From Candidatus Woesearchaeota archaeon (lineage in GTDB: Archaea; Nanobdellota; Nanobdellia; Woesearchaeales; JABIAG01), in NCBI GenBank assembly GCA_018653365.1, contig JABIAG010000001.1, positions 128,001-192,000 of the forward strand: 64,000 nt of DNA, given 5' to 3'. Below the pieces are notes generated by a model. The model was not told the origin of the DNA. It searched no databases and saw only the letters and a program-made list of their open reading frames with translations. Below are positions 1-8,637 of this stretch, in pieces. Numbering within the stretch: position 1 is the stretch's first letter; the number at the start of each line of letters is the position of its first letter. The translations under genes were made by a program, and so were the position numbers.

Positions 1-432
1 ACAATTCAAATCAACAAGTAAATTTTCAACTGGAACGCTTCTAAAAATGGTTACTGCATCTTGTAAGCTAATCCCTCCTTTGCGTTTGCCATCAACAAAA
101 CCTAATTCTCTTAAAGGCAGGGGGAAGGTCGCTTTTCTTTTTTGATCGTATAAATAAACAAAGGTTTCAAAATTTCCGGGGGTGTTTTCAGGAGAAACAT
201 AAGTTGTGTAGATGTCAACTTCCTCAGTTTGGGCGTGTCCCTGAAAGTGACTAAAAGGAAGATGATGAAAAGGAATGCCGCCAGAGAGTCTCAGTCTTTC
301 ATTAGAATCATCATATTCATATTGTTGAACAACAGTATCTAAGTCTAAACATTGTTCTAGCTCATCAAGTGTAACCCCTTTTAAGCTAAGTTTCACTAGT
401 GGTTCAGTTCCAAATTGGGTAATAACGCTCAC
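1..432 (-). CDS. hypothetical protein, 3'-truncated by window edge
   Basis: Read by hand: GTG at 432, frame open to base 1 (VSVITQFGTEPLVKLSLKG...); TATA-like TTTTTAAG about 22 nt upstream. Confidence 0.6.
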   Translation of the reverse strand, partial: MSVITQFGTEPLVKLSLKGVTLDELEQCLDLDTVVQQYEYDDSNERLRLSGGIPFHHLPFSHFQGHAQTEEVDIYTTYVSPENTPGNFETFVYLYDQKRKATFPLPLRELGFVDGKRKGGISLQDAVTIFRSVPVENLLVDLNC

Positions 433-463
433 TTAACAATTAACCTGACTATACTTAAAAAGA

Positions 464-712
464 TTATTGATAAAACTTCATCCAAATCTTTTTAAACCAG
501 TTAAGAGAAAGAGTAGATAATACAAACCCGACTGTAGGCACGATAGAATTGATAAATGGTTTTGGCAAATTAGCAGTGTAAAAAAATAGTACAATAACAA
601 AATAGGTTAAAATTGCAATAATCCCTCTACGTGTAAAACTAGTCTCCCACTGTTTATTTAACTCAACCCGGTTGTTTCGCTCTTCAATGGTTTGTATTCT
701 TTTTTCTATCAT
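464..712 (-). CDS. small conserved 2-TM membrane protein
   Basis: RNNRVELNKQWETSFTRR motif followed by two hydrophobic helices; 4-nt overlap with the upstream gene. Confidence 0.7.
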   Translation of the reverse strand: MIEKRIQTIEERNNRVELNKQWETSFTRRGIIAILTYFVIVLFFYTANLPKPFINSIVPTVGFVLSTLSLNWFKKIWMKFYQ

Positions 713-951
713 TGATTAACCTTCTCTTTAATTAAACCCTCAATTTCAGAACTCATTTTCAAATTATTCTTATGACAATGGACCCTGAACGATTTCATTA
801 AATCATTATCCAGGGTAAAGTTAAAACGTTTTTTGGCGGCAATTCTCGATATTCTTCCAGAGGATTCAAAATTATCTAGGGCATCAAGTACATCAGAGTA
901 CTTAACAACTACTTTGTTTAACACATTTTTAAATTCCTTATTGCATAACAT
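709..951 (-). CDS. ribbon-helix-helix protein, putative antitoxin/repressor
   Basis: C-terminal KRFNFTLDNDLMKSFRVHC..MSSEIEGLIKEK fits the RHH pattern; overlaps the Doc-like gene. Confidence 0.7.
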   Translation of the reverse strand: MLCNKEFKNVLNKVVVKYSDVLDALDNFESSGRISRIAAKKRFNFTLDNDLMKSFRVHCHKNNLKMSSEIEGLIKEKVNQ

Positions 952-1258
952 CTTTAATCATACTCGTAATCTTTGGAATGTCTAACACATTATCCTTACT
1001 GATGCTTGTTAATGTTTTAACCAAAACATTCTTGTTAAAACACATGTTATAATTATCAAAATAAGCCATTAGAACCAGAGCTGCTGCCTTAAGATCGTTG
1101 TTATAAATTACTAGTGCTCTGGTTAAATGACTCAAGTGGCTAAGCCAACTTCCCCCACCCTCAATTACATTAAGGGCGTTCACTAAAGAGTCTGAATGAG
1201 AATGTTCTTTCTGAGTAATATCTCTTACTAATGCTAAATTGTCGTGAAACATACACAT
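938..1258 (-). CDS. Doc/Fic-like protein with degenerate catalytic motif
   Basis: SL..AL....SWL..L..LTRALV....K.AA.V...F spacing resembles small archaeal Doc proteins, but HxFx(D/E)GNKR is replaced by YNNDLK. Confidence 0.55.
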   Translation of the reverse strand: MCMFHDNLALVRDITQKEHSHSDSLVNALNVIEGGGSWLSHLSHLTRALVIYNNDLKAAALVLMAYFDNYNMCFNKNVLVKTLTSISKDNVLDIPKITSMIKDVMQ

Positions 1259-1318
1259 TCATACACACTACTTGTATTTAAATGTTTGGTTTGAAAAAAA
1301 GTGTGTAGAAGTGTGTAT
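1251..1318. promoter_or_regulatory. four-box operator around the TATA box of the Doc-like/RHH operon
   Basis: ATACACATT(1251) and ATACACACT(1261), inverted AGTGTGTAG(1300) and AGTGTGTAT(1310); 10-bp period within each pair; TATA at 1275-1282. Confidence 0.7.
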
Positions 1319-2010
1319 TACTTCTTGATGAATGTTAATTTTTTGTCTTCTAATCTTAAATTGTGCGAAAGAAATACCAAATCAAACCTGCCTTTCAAAA
1401 AACTATTTGGATGAAGAACATCTGCAGCACCATCCGACAATAAACTCTCAATTTTTTTAACAACCTTCTTCGGACGCTTAAAAGTTTTCAAACCACTCTT
1501 ATACCCTGCATGTTTTAAACCCTCATTAACCAGCTCAGTACAAAAAAAAGCAGTAGGCCCCTTAACAAAATCAAAATCATATGGTTTACCAAACTGGGTT
1601 TTAACATAACGAACTAATTTTTTAATAATGCTTCTTCGATGTTTAACTTTAGGAATTCGTAAAATAACTAAGGTATCATATTCAGTAAAAACATGATAAA
1701 TAGACATGTATTGTACACCTGCTGCAATTGAGTGAATAAACTTATTCTTTCCAACATACAAACAAGAGTGTGTTACAGGTTCATCAATGATAGTTGACAA
1801 AACAGTCTTAAGATTACCTAATAAAACCACATCCCCTTTTTTCAAAACTCTTTTAACTCGTTTAAGATCCTGTTGAGAAAGAAGATTTTTACGAGAGTGT
1901 ACAATGGCACAACTTAAAAGAAACGTAATGTTATCTTTCACTTTTCGATGTAATGGATAATTACGAGGAAAGTTCTTAATAACATTATACTTGCTAAACG
2001 GGTTAAACAT
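1318..2010 (-). CDS. permuted papain-like amidase (YiiX/YebB, NlpC/P60 superfamily)
   Basis: LKKGDVVL, THSCLYVG (His), GKPYDFDF and FFCTELV (Cys after His, the permuted order). Confidence 0.85.
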   Translation of the reverse strand: MFNPFSKYNVIKNFPRNYPLHRKVKDNITFLLSCAIVHSRKNLLSQQDLKRVKRVLKKGDVVLLGNLKTVLSTIIDEPVTHSCLYVGKNKFIHSIAAGVQYMSIYHVFTEYDTLVILRIPKVKHRRSIIKKLVRYVKTQFGKPYDFDFVKGPTAFFCTELVNEGLKHAGYKSGLKTFKRPKKVVKKIESLLSDGAADVLHPNSFLKGRFDLVFLSHNLRLEDKKLTFIKK

Positions 2011-2082
2011 AGTTTTTCTTTACATTCTTAGTATAAAATGCTTTTGAAAAAGTTTATTAAGTTGAGATGTAATAAAAAATGT

Positions 2083-2520
2083 ATGATAAAAGAAATTATA
2101 CAAGAATTCTCACTAATGGGAAGCAGTTATACGTTTGGAATTGTATTCTTATTTGCACTAATACTTCAAAAATATCAATTAGCATTACAGTTATTCATTG
2201 GCGTAGTTATATTATTCATAATCGGTTACGGAATTAGATTTTTTTGGTATAAAGACCGGCCCCAAAAAGAAAAACACCAAACTTTATTACAAAAACTAGA
2301 TGCATCCTCCTTTCCAAGTCTACACGCTGGAAGAAGTATCATATTAGGATCCTTAATTGGATTCTTTTTTAATAACACCCTGATATTTGGACTGTTGATG
2401 CTATTAATATTACTTAATGGGTATTCAAGAGTATACCAAAAAAGACACTACTGGAGCGACGTTTTGGGAGGTTGGGGTGCAGGAATAATCATAATATTAA
2501 TTTTAATGTTATTCTTCTGA
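2083..2520 (+). CDS. PAP2 family phosphatase
   Basis: KDRP, SFPSLH and SRVYQKRHYWSDV motifs; TM helices; start moved to the ATG downstream of the TATA box. Confidence 0.9.
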   Translation: MIKEIIQEFSLMGSSYTFGIVFLFALILQKYQLALQLFIGVVILFIIGYGIRFFWYKDRPQKEKHQTLLQKLDASSFPSLHAGRSIILGSLIGFFFNNTLIFGLLMLLILLNGYSRVYQKRHYWSDVLGGWGAGIIIILILMLFF

Positions 2521-3081
2521 GAATTTTTCTATCTTAAACAATTTAGAAATAAGATAAAATAAAGGACCTAAAACAAAATATGATATCTGCATCCATAACG
2601 GTGCGTGCAAACAATTACAAAATTTAATTCCTGCATAAGTAGTTGAGGTAATATTTTGAACATTAAAAAAGTTGAAAGCAAAAGATTCAGAAACTAACAA
2701 AATAACCCAAAAGAAAAAACAGAAAAGAAGAAATCTAACAGCAAAAGTAGCCGTTTTAAAATATTCATCCAATCCTGAAAAAAACATATGCATACCGTAT
2801 AAACCTATTGCCCATCCAAAGAAAGGAAAGGTAGCAAAACCAAAAAATGTAAGAAAATTCTGATTATACGAATAAAAATTATTAGCAAGTAAAACCCAAA
2901 TAAATGCAAGTGCTGTTGAAATCGCATACCGCTTAATAGATTTTATTCGTTTAGTGGAAATCATATAAACCCACATTAATACAAAAGTAGTTAAGAAAAA
3001 ATATTTAGGCAGAACAAATCCGATAATTATGGTAAACACAACTAACGTCCATTCATAAATCGTAAGCCCAAGTAATTTCAT
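2509..3081 (-). CDS. multi-pass membrane protein
   Basis: About 6 hydrophobic segments; TATA upstream. Confidence 0.7.
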   Translation of the reverse strand: MKLLGLTIYEWTLVVFTIIIGFVLPKYFFLTTFVLMWVYMISTKRIKSIKRYAISTALAFIWVLLANNFYSYNQNFLTFFGFATFPFFGWAIGLYGMHMFFSGLDEYFKTATFAVRFLLFCFFFWVILLVSESFAFNFFNVQNITSTTYAGIKFCNCLHAPLWMQISYFVLGPLFYLISKLFKIEKFSEE

Positions 3082-3202
3082 AATCGTAACAGTCTAGAAC
3101 TAGTATATATTGTTTTTGGTCCCTTTGTGAAACAAATTAAGACTTGATTATAGTTTTAAAATAAAGATAAATTTATATATTCTTTAAACCAATTGAGGGT
3201 AC

Positions 3203-5530
3203 ATGACAAAAAAGATAGTTAAAGTTGCAATATATATGGCCTTCCTTATGTTGTTATTTGCAATCAATTTTATTCTTGTAACTGGTATGCTTAATGATCC
3301 AAAATGTGATGCTGAATGGGGATCATTGCATCCACCTTGTAACGGTACTGAGCCATTTTGTTTTATTCAACCAGCAATGAGTTTTGATGAACAGGATGAA
3401 ATTTGGGCAGTTGAATGCGGAATACTATATGCTTGGGATGGAACTGAACATGAATGTCAGGTCGCAGGCCAACTTATTGAGTCCGAATGTAGTGTCAGGT
3501 GTGAACAAGGAAAAATTCTCAGCTTAGGTGATGGAGATTCATGTGATGGTGGTGTTTGTTGTGGTGGTTCTTGTCGTTCACCATCTGATTGCTATGAATG
3601 TGTGGCTAGTAAATGGGTAAGCAAGTTCGATTCTGATAATTGTGAAACCTGCGAAAATAATAAAATTGTAAAAACAACAGGAAATAATTGTAATCAAGAT
3701 AAAGGTACTTGTTGTGCAGGCACATGTAATCTAAAAAATGAATGTAAAACCTGTGATACAACGGGTAATTGGATTGATACTCCTAATGCACTTTGTGATA
3801 ATGGAAATGGCCAATGTTGCACAGGGGGAGAATGTTTGCCAATAATGGGATGCGAATTATGTATTGATCTTGGCGGGGGTACATGGGCAAAACAATTTTT
3901 ACCAGCCGACGTAACATGCACTGATGAAGACGGTAATGGAAACTGCTGTGCTGGGACATGCGAACACTTAACAGGTTGTGATTTTTGTGATAAAAGCAGC
4001 GACCCAATAGGTACTGTTGAAATAGGTGCCGATAATGAACCTTGTACTGACTCAGGAGGATATGCAGGTTCATGTTGTGGGGGTAGCTGTGAAAAAATGT
4101 CTGATTGTGAGGAATGTGATTCCGGAGAAATTGAAGATAAAGATGATGGCGGATCTTGTGGATCCGGTTATTGTTGTGGCGGATATTGTTTACAGTCACC
4201 ATCAGTATGCGATGGTGATGATGATTGTGCACCGTTTAAGACAGCAAGGGGATTACAAAAAACCTGTGTTGAAGAAGTATCAAGTGCAGTTAATGCATGT
4301 GAAAAAGAATGTGCAATAACTTGCACCAATGGAGATGCGTATGAAACGCCCTGTACTGACAAATACGGAGAGGAGTATGTTCCTTCCTGTGATGAAACAG
4401 ATCACACAAGACACTATTATGTATGTGGAATAGATGGAACTTGTGAAGAAGCTGCAGACCCAACTTACGATTATCTTTGTGATTGCGTATTGGATCCTAG
4501 CGTATGTGGCCCATATACTTGCTGTGGTGAAGAAGAAGGATGTGTCCATCTTGATAACAATGATGCAAATTGCGGTTCTTGCGGTATTACTTGTGAGACA
4601 GGCATATGTGCAAATGGTGTATGCCAATGTAGTAACCCCAATGAAGATATGTGTGAGGTAACTAGTGACGGATTTGGGGGGTGTACAGATACTAGTTCAG
4701 ATTCAGAATTTTGTGGCATGGACTGTTGCAAAGATGTTTCTTCGGGGGGATTATCAACATGTACAGATTGCACAACGTCAGGAATGATTTGTTTATCTGG
4801 GGGATGCGCACTTCCTGCCTCAAGCAGTTCATTTAAGTCAGCTAGCTTTAGCATATATCAAGCAAGAAAAGAATCTGATTCATTAGGGAATACAGTTGCC
4901 TACCAATTTTTGCCCTCTGGTCAAAAGTTTATTTCACCAGTTGATTTCTTTTTAAAATACAGGGGAGAAGAATTTAATGCAGACAATAACATTAATGTTT
5001 ATAGATATGAAGATGATCAAATGGAAGTAAAGATAATAAGATCAGCTTCAAAAGAAATTGGTTTCGAAGGAGGAACTATTAGTATTGGGAATGTAATTTT
5101 AACTATTCCTCCCAGTACATTATTTAAAACTACACCTATAATAATTAATGAAGTTTATATTGTAAATGAATTAACTGAATTCGTGAATAGTGAAAGTAAT
5201 GAAGCTGAGAATTATTTAATTGATGAGCAGTATCAACAACAAGACAAGATGAATGATTGGGGAATGCAAGAACCAGAGGGTATGCAAGACGAAATGAATG
5301 AATATATGGACGATTATGGGATGCCTGATGAAAGCCAAATGCAAGATGAAAGTCAAAGTTACAATGAAGGCTTTTTTGGAACAGAAGGGTATGCTTTTCA
5401 GTCAAAAGAAAGGATGAAACAACTTTTTTCACAAACAAAAACAAAGAGTGCATTAACTTTGACAGTAATAATCATTGCTCTAATATTGGGTGTTTACTTT
5501 TCTTTTAGCATTATTAAAAATCATAAATAA
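3203..5530 (+). CDS. Cys-rich repetitive cell-surface protein (signal/TM, Cys repeats, ZU5-like domain, acidic linker, C-terminal TM)
   Basis: N-terminal hydrophobic segment; six C..G.CC.G.C repeats; CVHLDNNDANCGSCG motif; C-terminal anchor. Confidence 0.85.
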   Translation: MTKKIVKVAIYMAFLMLLFAINFILVTGMLNDPKCDAEWGSLHPPCNGTEPFCFIQPAMSFDEQDEIWAVECGILYAWDGTEHECQVAGQLIESECSVRCEQGKILSLGDGDSCDGGVCCGGSCRSPSDCYECVASKWVSKFDSDNCETCENNKIVKTTGNNCNQDKGTCCAGTCNLKNECKTCDTTGNWIDTPNALCDNGNGQCCTGGECLPIMGCELCIDLGGGTWAKQFLPADVTCTDEDGNGNCCAGTCEHLTGCDFCDKSSDPIGTVEIGADNEPCTDSGGYAGSCCGGSCEKMSDCEECDSGEIEDKDDGGSCGSGYCCGGYCLQSPSVCDGDDDCAPFKTARGLQKTCVEEVSSAVNACEKECAITCTNGDAYETPCTDKYGEEYVPSCDETDHTRHYYVCGIDGTCEEAADPTYDYLCDCVLDPSVCGPYTCCGEEEGCVHLDNNDANCGSCGITCETGICANGVCQCSNPNEDMCEVTSDGFGGCTDTSSDSEFCGMDCCKDVSSGGLSTCTDCTTSGMICLSGGCALPASSSSFKSASFSIYQARKESDSLGNTVAYQFLPSGQKFISPVDFFLKYRGEEFNADNNINVYRYEDDQMEVKIIRSASKEIGFEGGTISIGNVILTIPPSTLFKTTPIIINEVYIVNELTEFVNSESNEAENYLIDEQYQQQDKMNDWGMQEPEGMQDEMNEYMDDYGMPDESQMQDESQSYNEGFFGTEGYAFQSKERMKQLFSQTKTKSALTLTVIIIALILGVYFSFSIIKNHK

Positions 5531-5711
5531 TAATCAGAGGTTGGTTCAAAATTGAAAAAATAAAACTAGTGAGAATAAACTTAAGAAAATAAAACCGTGC
5601 ATAAACAACAATGTTTGGGCACGCCTGGTCAATCCTAAAGTGACAAATGTTCAAAGTTCATTAGATAAATAAACAGTAAACTATTTTAATCAAGACGTAT
5701 CTTAGTATAAT

Positions 5712-6197
5712 ATGGAACTAAAAATATTAAATTCTCGCGAATTAAAAGAATTAAGAAAAATAATAGAAAAACAATACGGAATAACAGAAAAGTTAGATTA
5801 CGTTTTCTTATTATCTGGAAAAGATGATGTTTATGTAATTAATGATTCAGTTAAGAATCTGGATTTGGATAGCATAAAAATAAACACAATAGGAATTTAT
5901 ATCGGTGAAAACAAATTTGACACATTTAGACCCAGTATAGAAGGATCACAAATATTTGGCCCACTAGCAAAGAAGAACATATTAGAGGTTGATTACAAAG
6001 TTATGAAAATGTGGATGTATGGATTAGACATTCCCTGTAAAGAAGAGTTAGAAGGATATGTAATGATAAAATCAGGTACTGATTATATTGGATCAGGAAA
6101 ATACAAAGAATGTGCTCAGAAATCCGAGATTTCTGGTACCACGACAAGTGGTAAAATTCTAAACCATGTACCAAAAGGAAGAAGAATACATGAATAA
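5712..6197 (+). CDS. RsmF/NOL1-NOP2 C-terminal-like (pre-PUA/PUA) ribosome biogenesis protein
   Basis: GIYIG, RPSIEGSQIFG.LAKKNILEV, W..G.D and GSGK...ILNHVPKGRR. Confidence 0.75.
   Translation: MELKILNSRELKELRKIIEKQYGITEKLDYVFLLSGKDDVYVINDSVKNLDLDSIKINTIGIYIGENKFDTFRPSIEGSQIFGPLAKKNILEVDYKVMKMWMYGLDIPCKEELEGYVMIKSGTDYIGSGKYKECAQKSEISGTTTSGKILNHVPKGRRIHE
6113..6135 (+). repeat. palindromic REP-like element inserted in-frame
   Basis: TGCT-CAGAAATC-CGA-GATTTCTG is the reverse-orientation match to the copies at 14364 and 56022. Confidence 0.65.
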
Positions 6198-6199
6198 AA

Positions 6200-6928
6200 A
6201 TGAGTAAAGAACAATATGACAAAATTGCAGACGAATATTCTCGAATGCGTAATTCAACAAAAGAATATGTCCTTATCCCTACTTTTAAAAAAATAATTGG
6301 CAAGGTTCAAAACAAATCAGTATTAGACCTTGCTTGCGGAGAGGGGTTTTTTACAAGAATTTTGGCTGAAATGAATCCGTCAGAACTTATTGGACTTGAT
6401 TTTTCTAAAGAATTAATAAAAAAAGCCAAAGATCACAATTCAAACATCACTTATCTGGTTGAAGATGTTTTAACACTAAACTTAAATAAACAGTTTGATT
6501 TAATTACTGCAGTATATTTGTTAAACTATGCTAAAACTAAAGATGAATTAGCTATAATGTGTCAAAATATTTACACTCATTTAAATGAAACTGGTAATTT
6601 CTCAACAATTACTACCTCGCCTTCACTTAAACCAATGAAAGACTTTGAATATGAAAGAAAATTCTCAAGTGTTGCAGGAAAAAAATTATTTGAAGATGGT
6701 GACGAAGTTCGAATGGAAATTATGCAGGATGGAGAAAAATTATTAGAAGTAATTAATTATTATTGGACAAAAGAAACTTACGAAGATTGTTTGAAGAAAG
6801 CAGGATTTAAAAAAATTCAATGGGTAAAAGCAATAATTTCTGAAGAAGGCACGAACTTATACGGAACTGAATTCTGGGATAAGTTTCAAAAGAATCATTC
6901 AACAATTGGGATTGTTTGTGAAAAATAA
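6200..6928 (+). CDS. class I SAM-dependent methyltransferase (ToxA-like)
   Basis: VLDLACGEG motif I; FDLITAVYLLNYA. Confidence 0.85.
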   Translation: MSKEQYDKIADEYSRMRNSTKEYVLIPTFKKIIGKVQNKSVLDLACGEGFFTRILAEMNPSELIGLDFSKELIKKAKDHNSNITYLVEDVLTLNLNKQFDLITAVYLLNYAKTKDELAIMCQNIYTHLNETGNFSTITTSPSLKPMKDFEYERKFSSVAGKKLFEDGDEVRMEIMQDGEKLLEVINYYWTKETYEDCLKKAGFKKIQWVKAIISEEGTNLYGTEFWDKFQKNHSTIGIVCEK

Positions 6929-7504
6929 TTACTCCAAACCAATCTCTTCTTTAATACTTTTAACAGCATCAAGAGCAATCTGCAAAAATTCACCAAATTC
7001 TAACCCTATTTCTTCAATCTCTCTAATTAAATCACGATTACAATTAGCAGCAAAACCCTTATCCTTAAGTTTCTTCTTCAAACCCTTAACTTCCATATCA
7101 GAAATCTTCTTACCACGCATCAAAGCATAAGCAAAAATTATTCCAGTAAGAGTTTCAGCAGCAATCAGGGCATGCTCAACCTTTTGAGTTCTTTTCTTAT
7201 CTTTAAAAACAGGAATGTGTTCATAACCATAAGCATGAGACTGAACAATTTGAATAAACGTTTCATCAAACCCTTTTTCTTTTAGAATTTCTTCAGCTTT
7301 AATCGTATGCTGAGACCAATCATCTTTAGTTAAACTCCAATCAACATCATGTAATAAACCTAACAGGCCCCAATACTCTTCATCTTCGCCAAAATGTTTA
7401 GCCAAGGCTTTCATAATAACTTCAGTCTCAAGATAATGATTCATATCACTAACTTCTTGAGGCATAGAATTAAGGAGTTCTAGGGCTTGATCTCGCGTTA
7501 ACAT
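6929..7504 (-). CDS. HD-domain hydrolase (COG2316-like)
   Basis: GLLHDVDW; KKLKDKGFAANCNR. Confidence 0.9.
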   Translation of the reverse strand: MLTRDQALELLNSMPQEVSDMNHYLETEVIMKALAKHFGEDEEYWGLLGLLHDVDWSLTKDDWSQHTIKAEEILKEKGFDETFIQIVQSHAYGYEHIPVFKDKKRTQKVEHALIAAETLTGIIFAYALMRGKKISDMEVKGLKKKLKDKGFAANCNRDLIREIEEIGLEFGEFLQIALDAVKSIKEEIGLE

Positions 7505-7506
7505 TT

Positions 7507-7740
7507 TTACTTAATCAAATCTTCCATGTTCTTACCAGAACTTTTCGTTTCTTTTTGAGATTCTTTAGCAATCTTTTCTAGATCAACACCTAATTCTTTT
7601 AGTGCACCAATATGTACTTGCATTAGTTGTTCAACAATAGAAAGGATTCTAGCCATTTCTTGCCGTTCCTTAGCTAATGTAGATAACGCTCCCTTATGGA
7701 AACCAATTTGTTCTTCTTTAGATTCTTCTGTTTTTGCCAT
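7507..7740 (-). CDS. conserved small coiled-coil protein
   Basis: QIGFHKGALSTLAKERQEM; TATA upstream. Confidence 0.75.
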   Translation of the reverse strand: MAKTEESKEEQIGFHKGALSTLAKERQEMARILSIVEQLMQVHIGALKELGVDLEKIAKESQKETKSSGKNMEDLIK

Positions 7741-7815
7741 AGTAAATGGAATCCTTGATGCTATATAAACCTTTTGATAAAGCTTAAAAACTTAACTTCA
7801 TTCTTGAAATTAAAA

Positions 7816-8601
7816 ATGTTAGGAAATTATCATGTTCATACAACTATGTCTGATGGAAGCTTCACCCCTGATGAAATTGTTCAGAAAGCAATTTCTTTAG
7901 GATTAGATGAAATTGGTATTGCAGATCACTATTTTACAACTAAAGACGGAATTGGGTTTGTAGATGATTCCGACCTTCCAGAATATATTGCTGTTATTCA
8001 ATCACTTAATGAACGTTATGCTGGGACGATTAGGGTTTTAGCGGGGTTAGAAATTGATTCCAGTTGTTATAATGTTAAACGATCAAGATTGCCTTTTCAT
8101 TTGTTAAATAGGTTAGATTATGTAGTCTTCGAATATGTTGAAAATAGGATGTTAGGTCAACAGATAAGAACTGAGTGTGGATTGGAGGTAGTTGAAACAT
8201 TAACTGAATTCAGAGATCCTTATATGGCAGTGGGTGTTTATACTTTAAGGGATATTATTGAATTAAAAAGAAAGTTGACGTGTTCTGTTGGTTTGGTACA
8301 TCCAAATCTAAATCGAGATTTTGTTCACTACGAACCGCAAGAGCTAGCGAGAAGTTTACAACAAAATGACATATTTATTGACGCATATGTTAAAACAGAA
8401 AAGACAGGGGATCCGGCCCAAGATATTAATTGGCCACTAATTGGTTTTTTTAAAGATTTAGGACCTTTTGGCGATTCTTTTAGAGATCAAAGAGTTGAAA
8501 TCGCGCCTGGAACAGATACGCACAGTACAGATAATATTGCAGTAGCAATTAATGCAATAAACTTACTTGTTGAACAAGGTTTCCAATTGAAAACATTTTA
8601 A
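7816..8601 (+). CDS. PHP-domain phosphoesterase
   Basis: HVHTTMSDG, IADH, GLEID, HP and GTDTH metal ligands. Confidence 0.85.
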   Translation: MLGNYHVHTTMSDGSFTPDEIVQKAISLGLDEIGIADHYFTTKDGIGFVDDSDLPEYIAVIQSLNERYAGTIRVLAGLEIDSSCYNVKRSRLPFHLLNRLDYVVFEYVENRMLGQQIRTECGLEVVETLTEFRDPYMAVGVYTLRDIIELKRKLTCSVGLVHPNLNRDFVHYEPQELARSLQQNDIFIDAYVKTEKTGDPAQDINWPLIGFFKDLGPFGDSFRDQRVEIAPGTDTHSTDNIAVAINAINLLVEQGFQLKTF

Positions 8602-8637
8602 TGTTTAAGAAATATTTCTTCATTAAATGAGTTAAGA

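Noticed and set aside
3694-5453. Multiple alternative-frame ORFs within the Cys-rich gene
   Set aside because: By-products of biased codon use in a repetitive CDS
5546-5632. Minus-strand TTG micro-ORF MTRRAQ + hydrophobic stretch (class III signal-like)
   Set aside because: Only 28 aa, TTG start, and the hydrophobicity is explained by the T-rich strand
6200-6928. Toxoflavin biosynthesis
   Set aside because: Only a ToxA-like methyltransferase is present; no toxB-E homologs nearby
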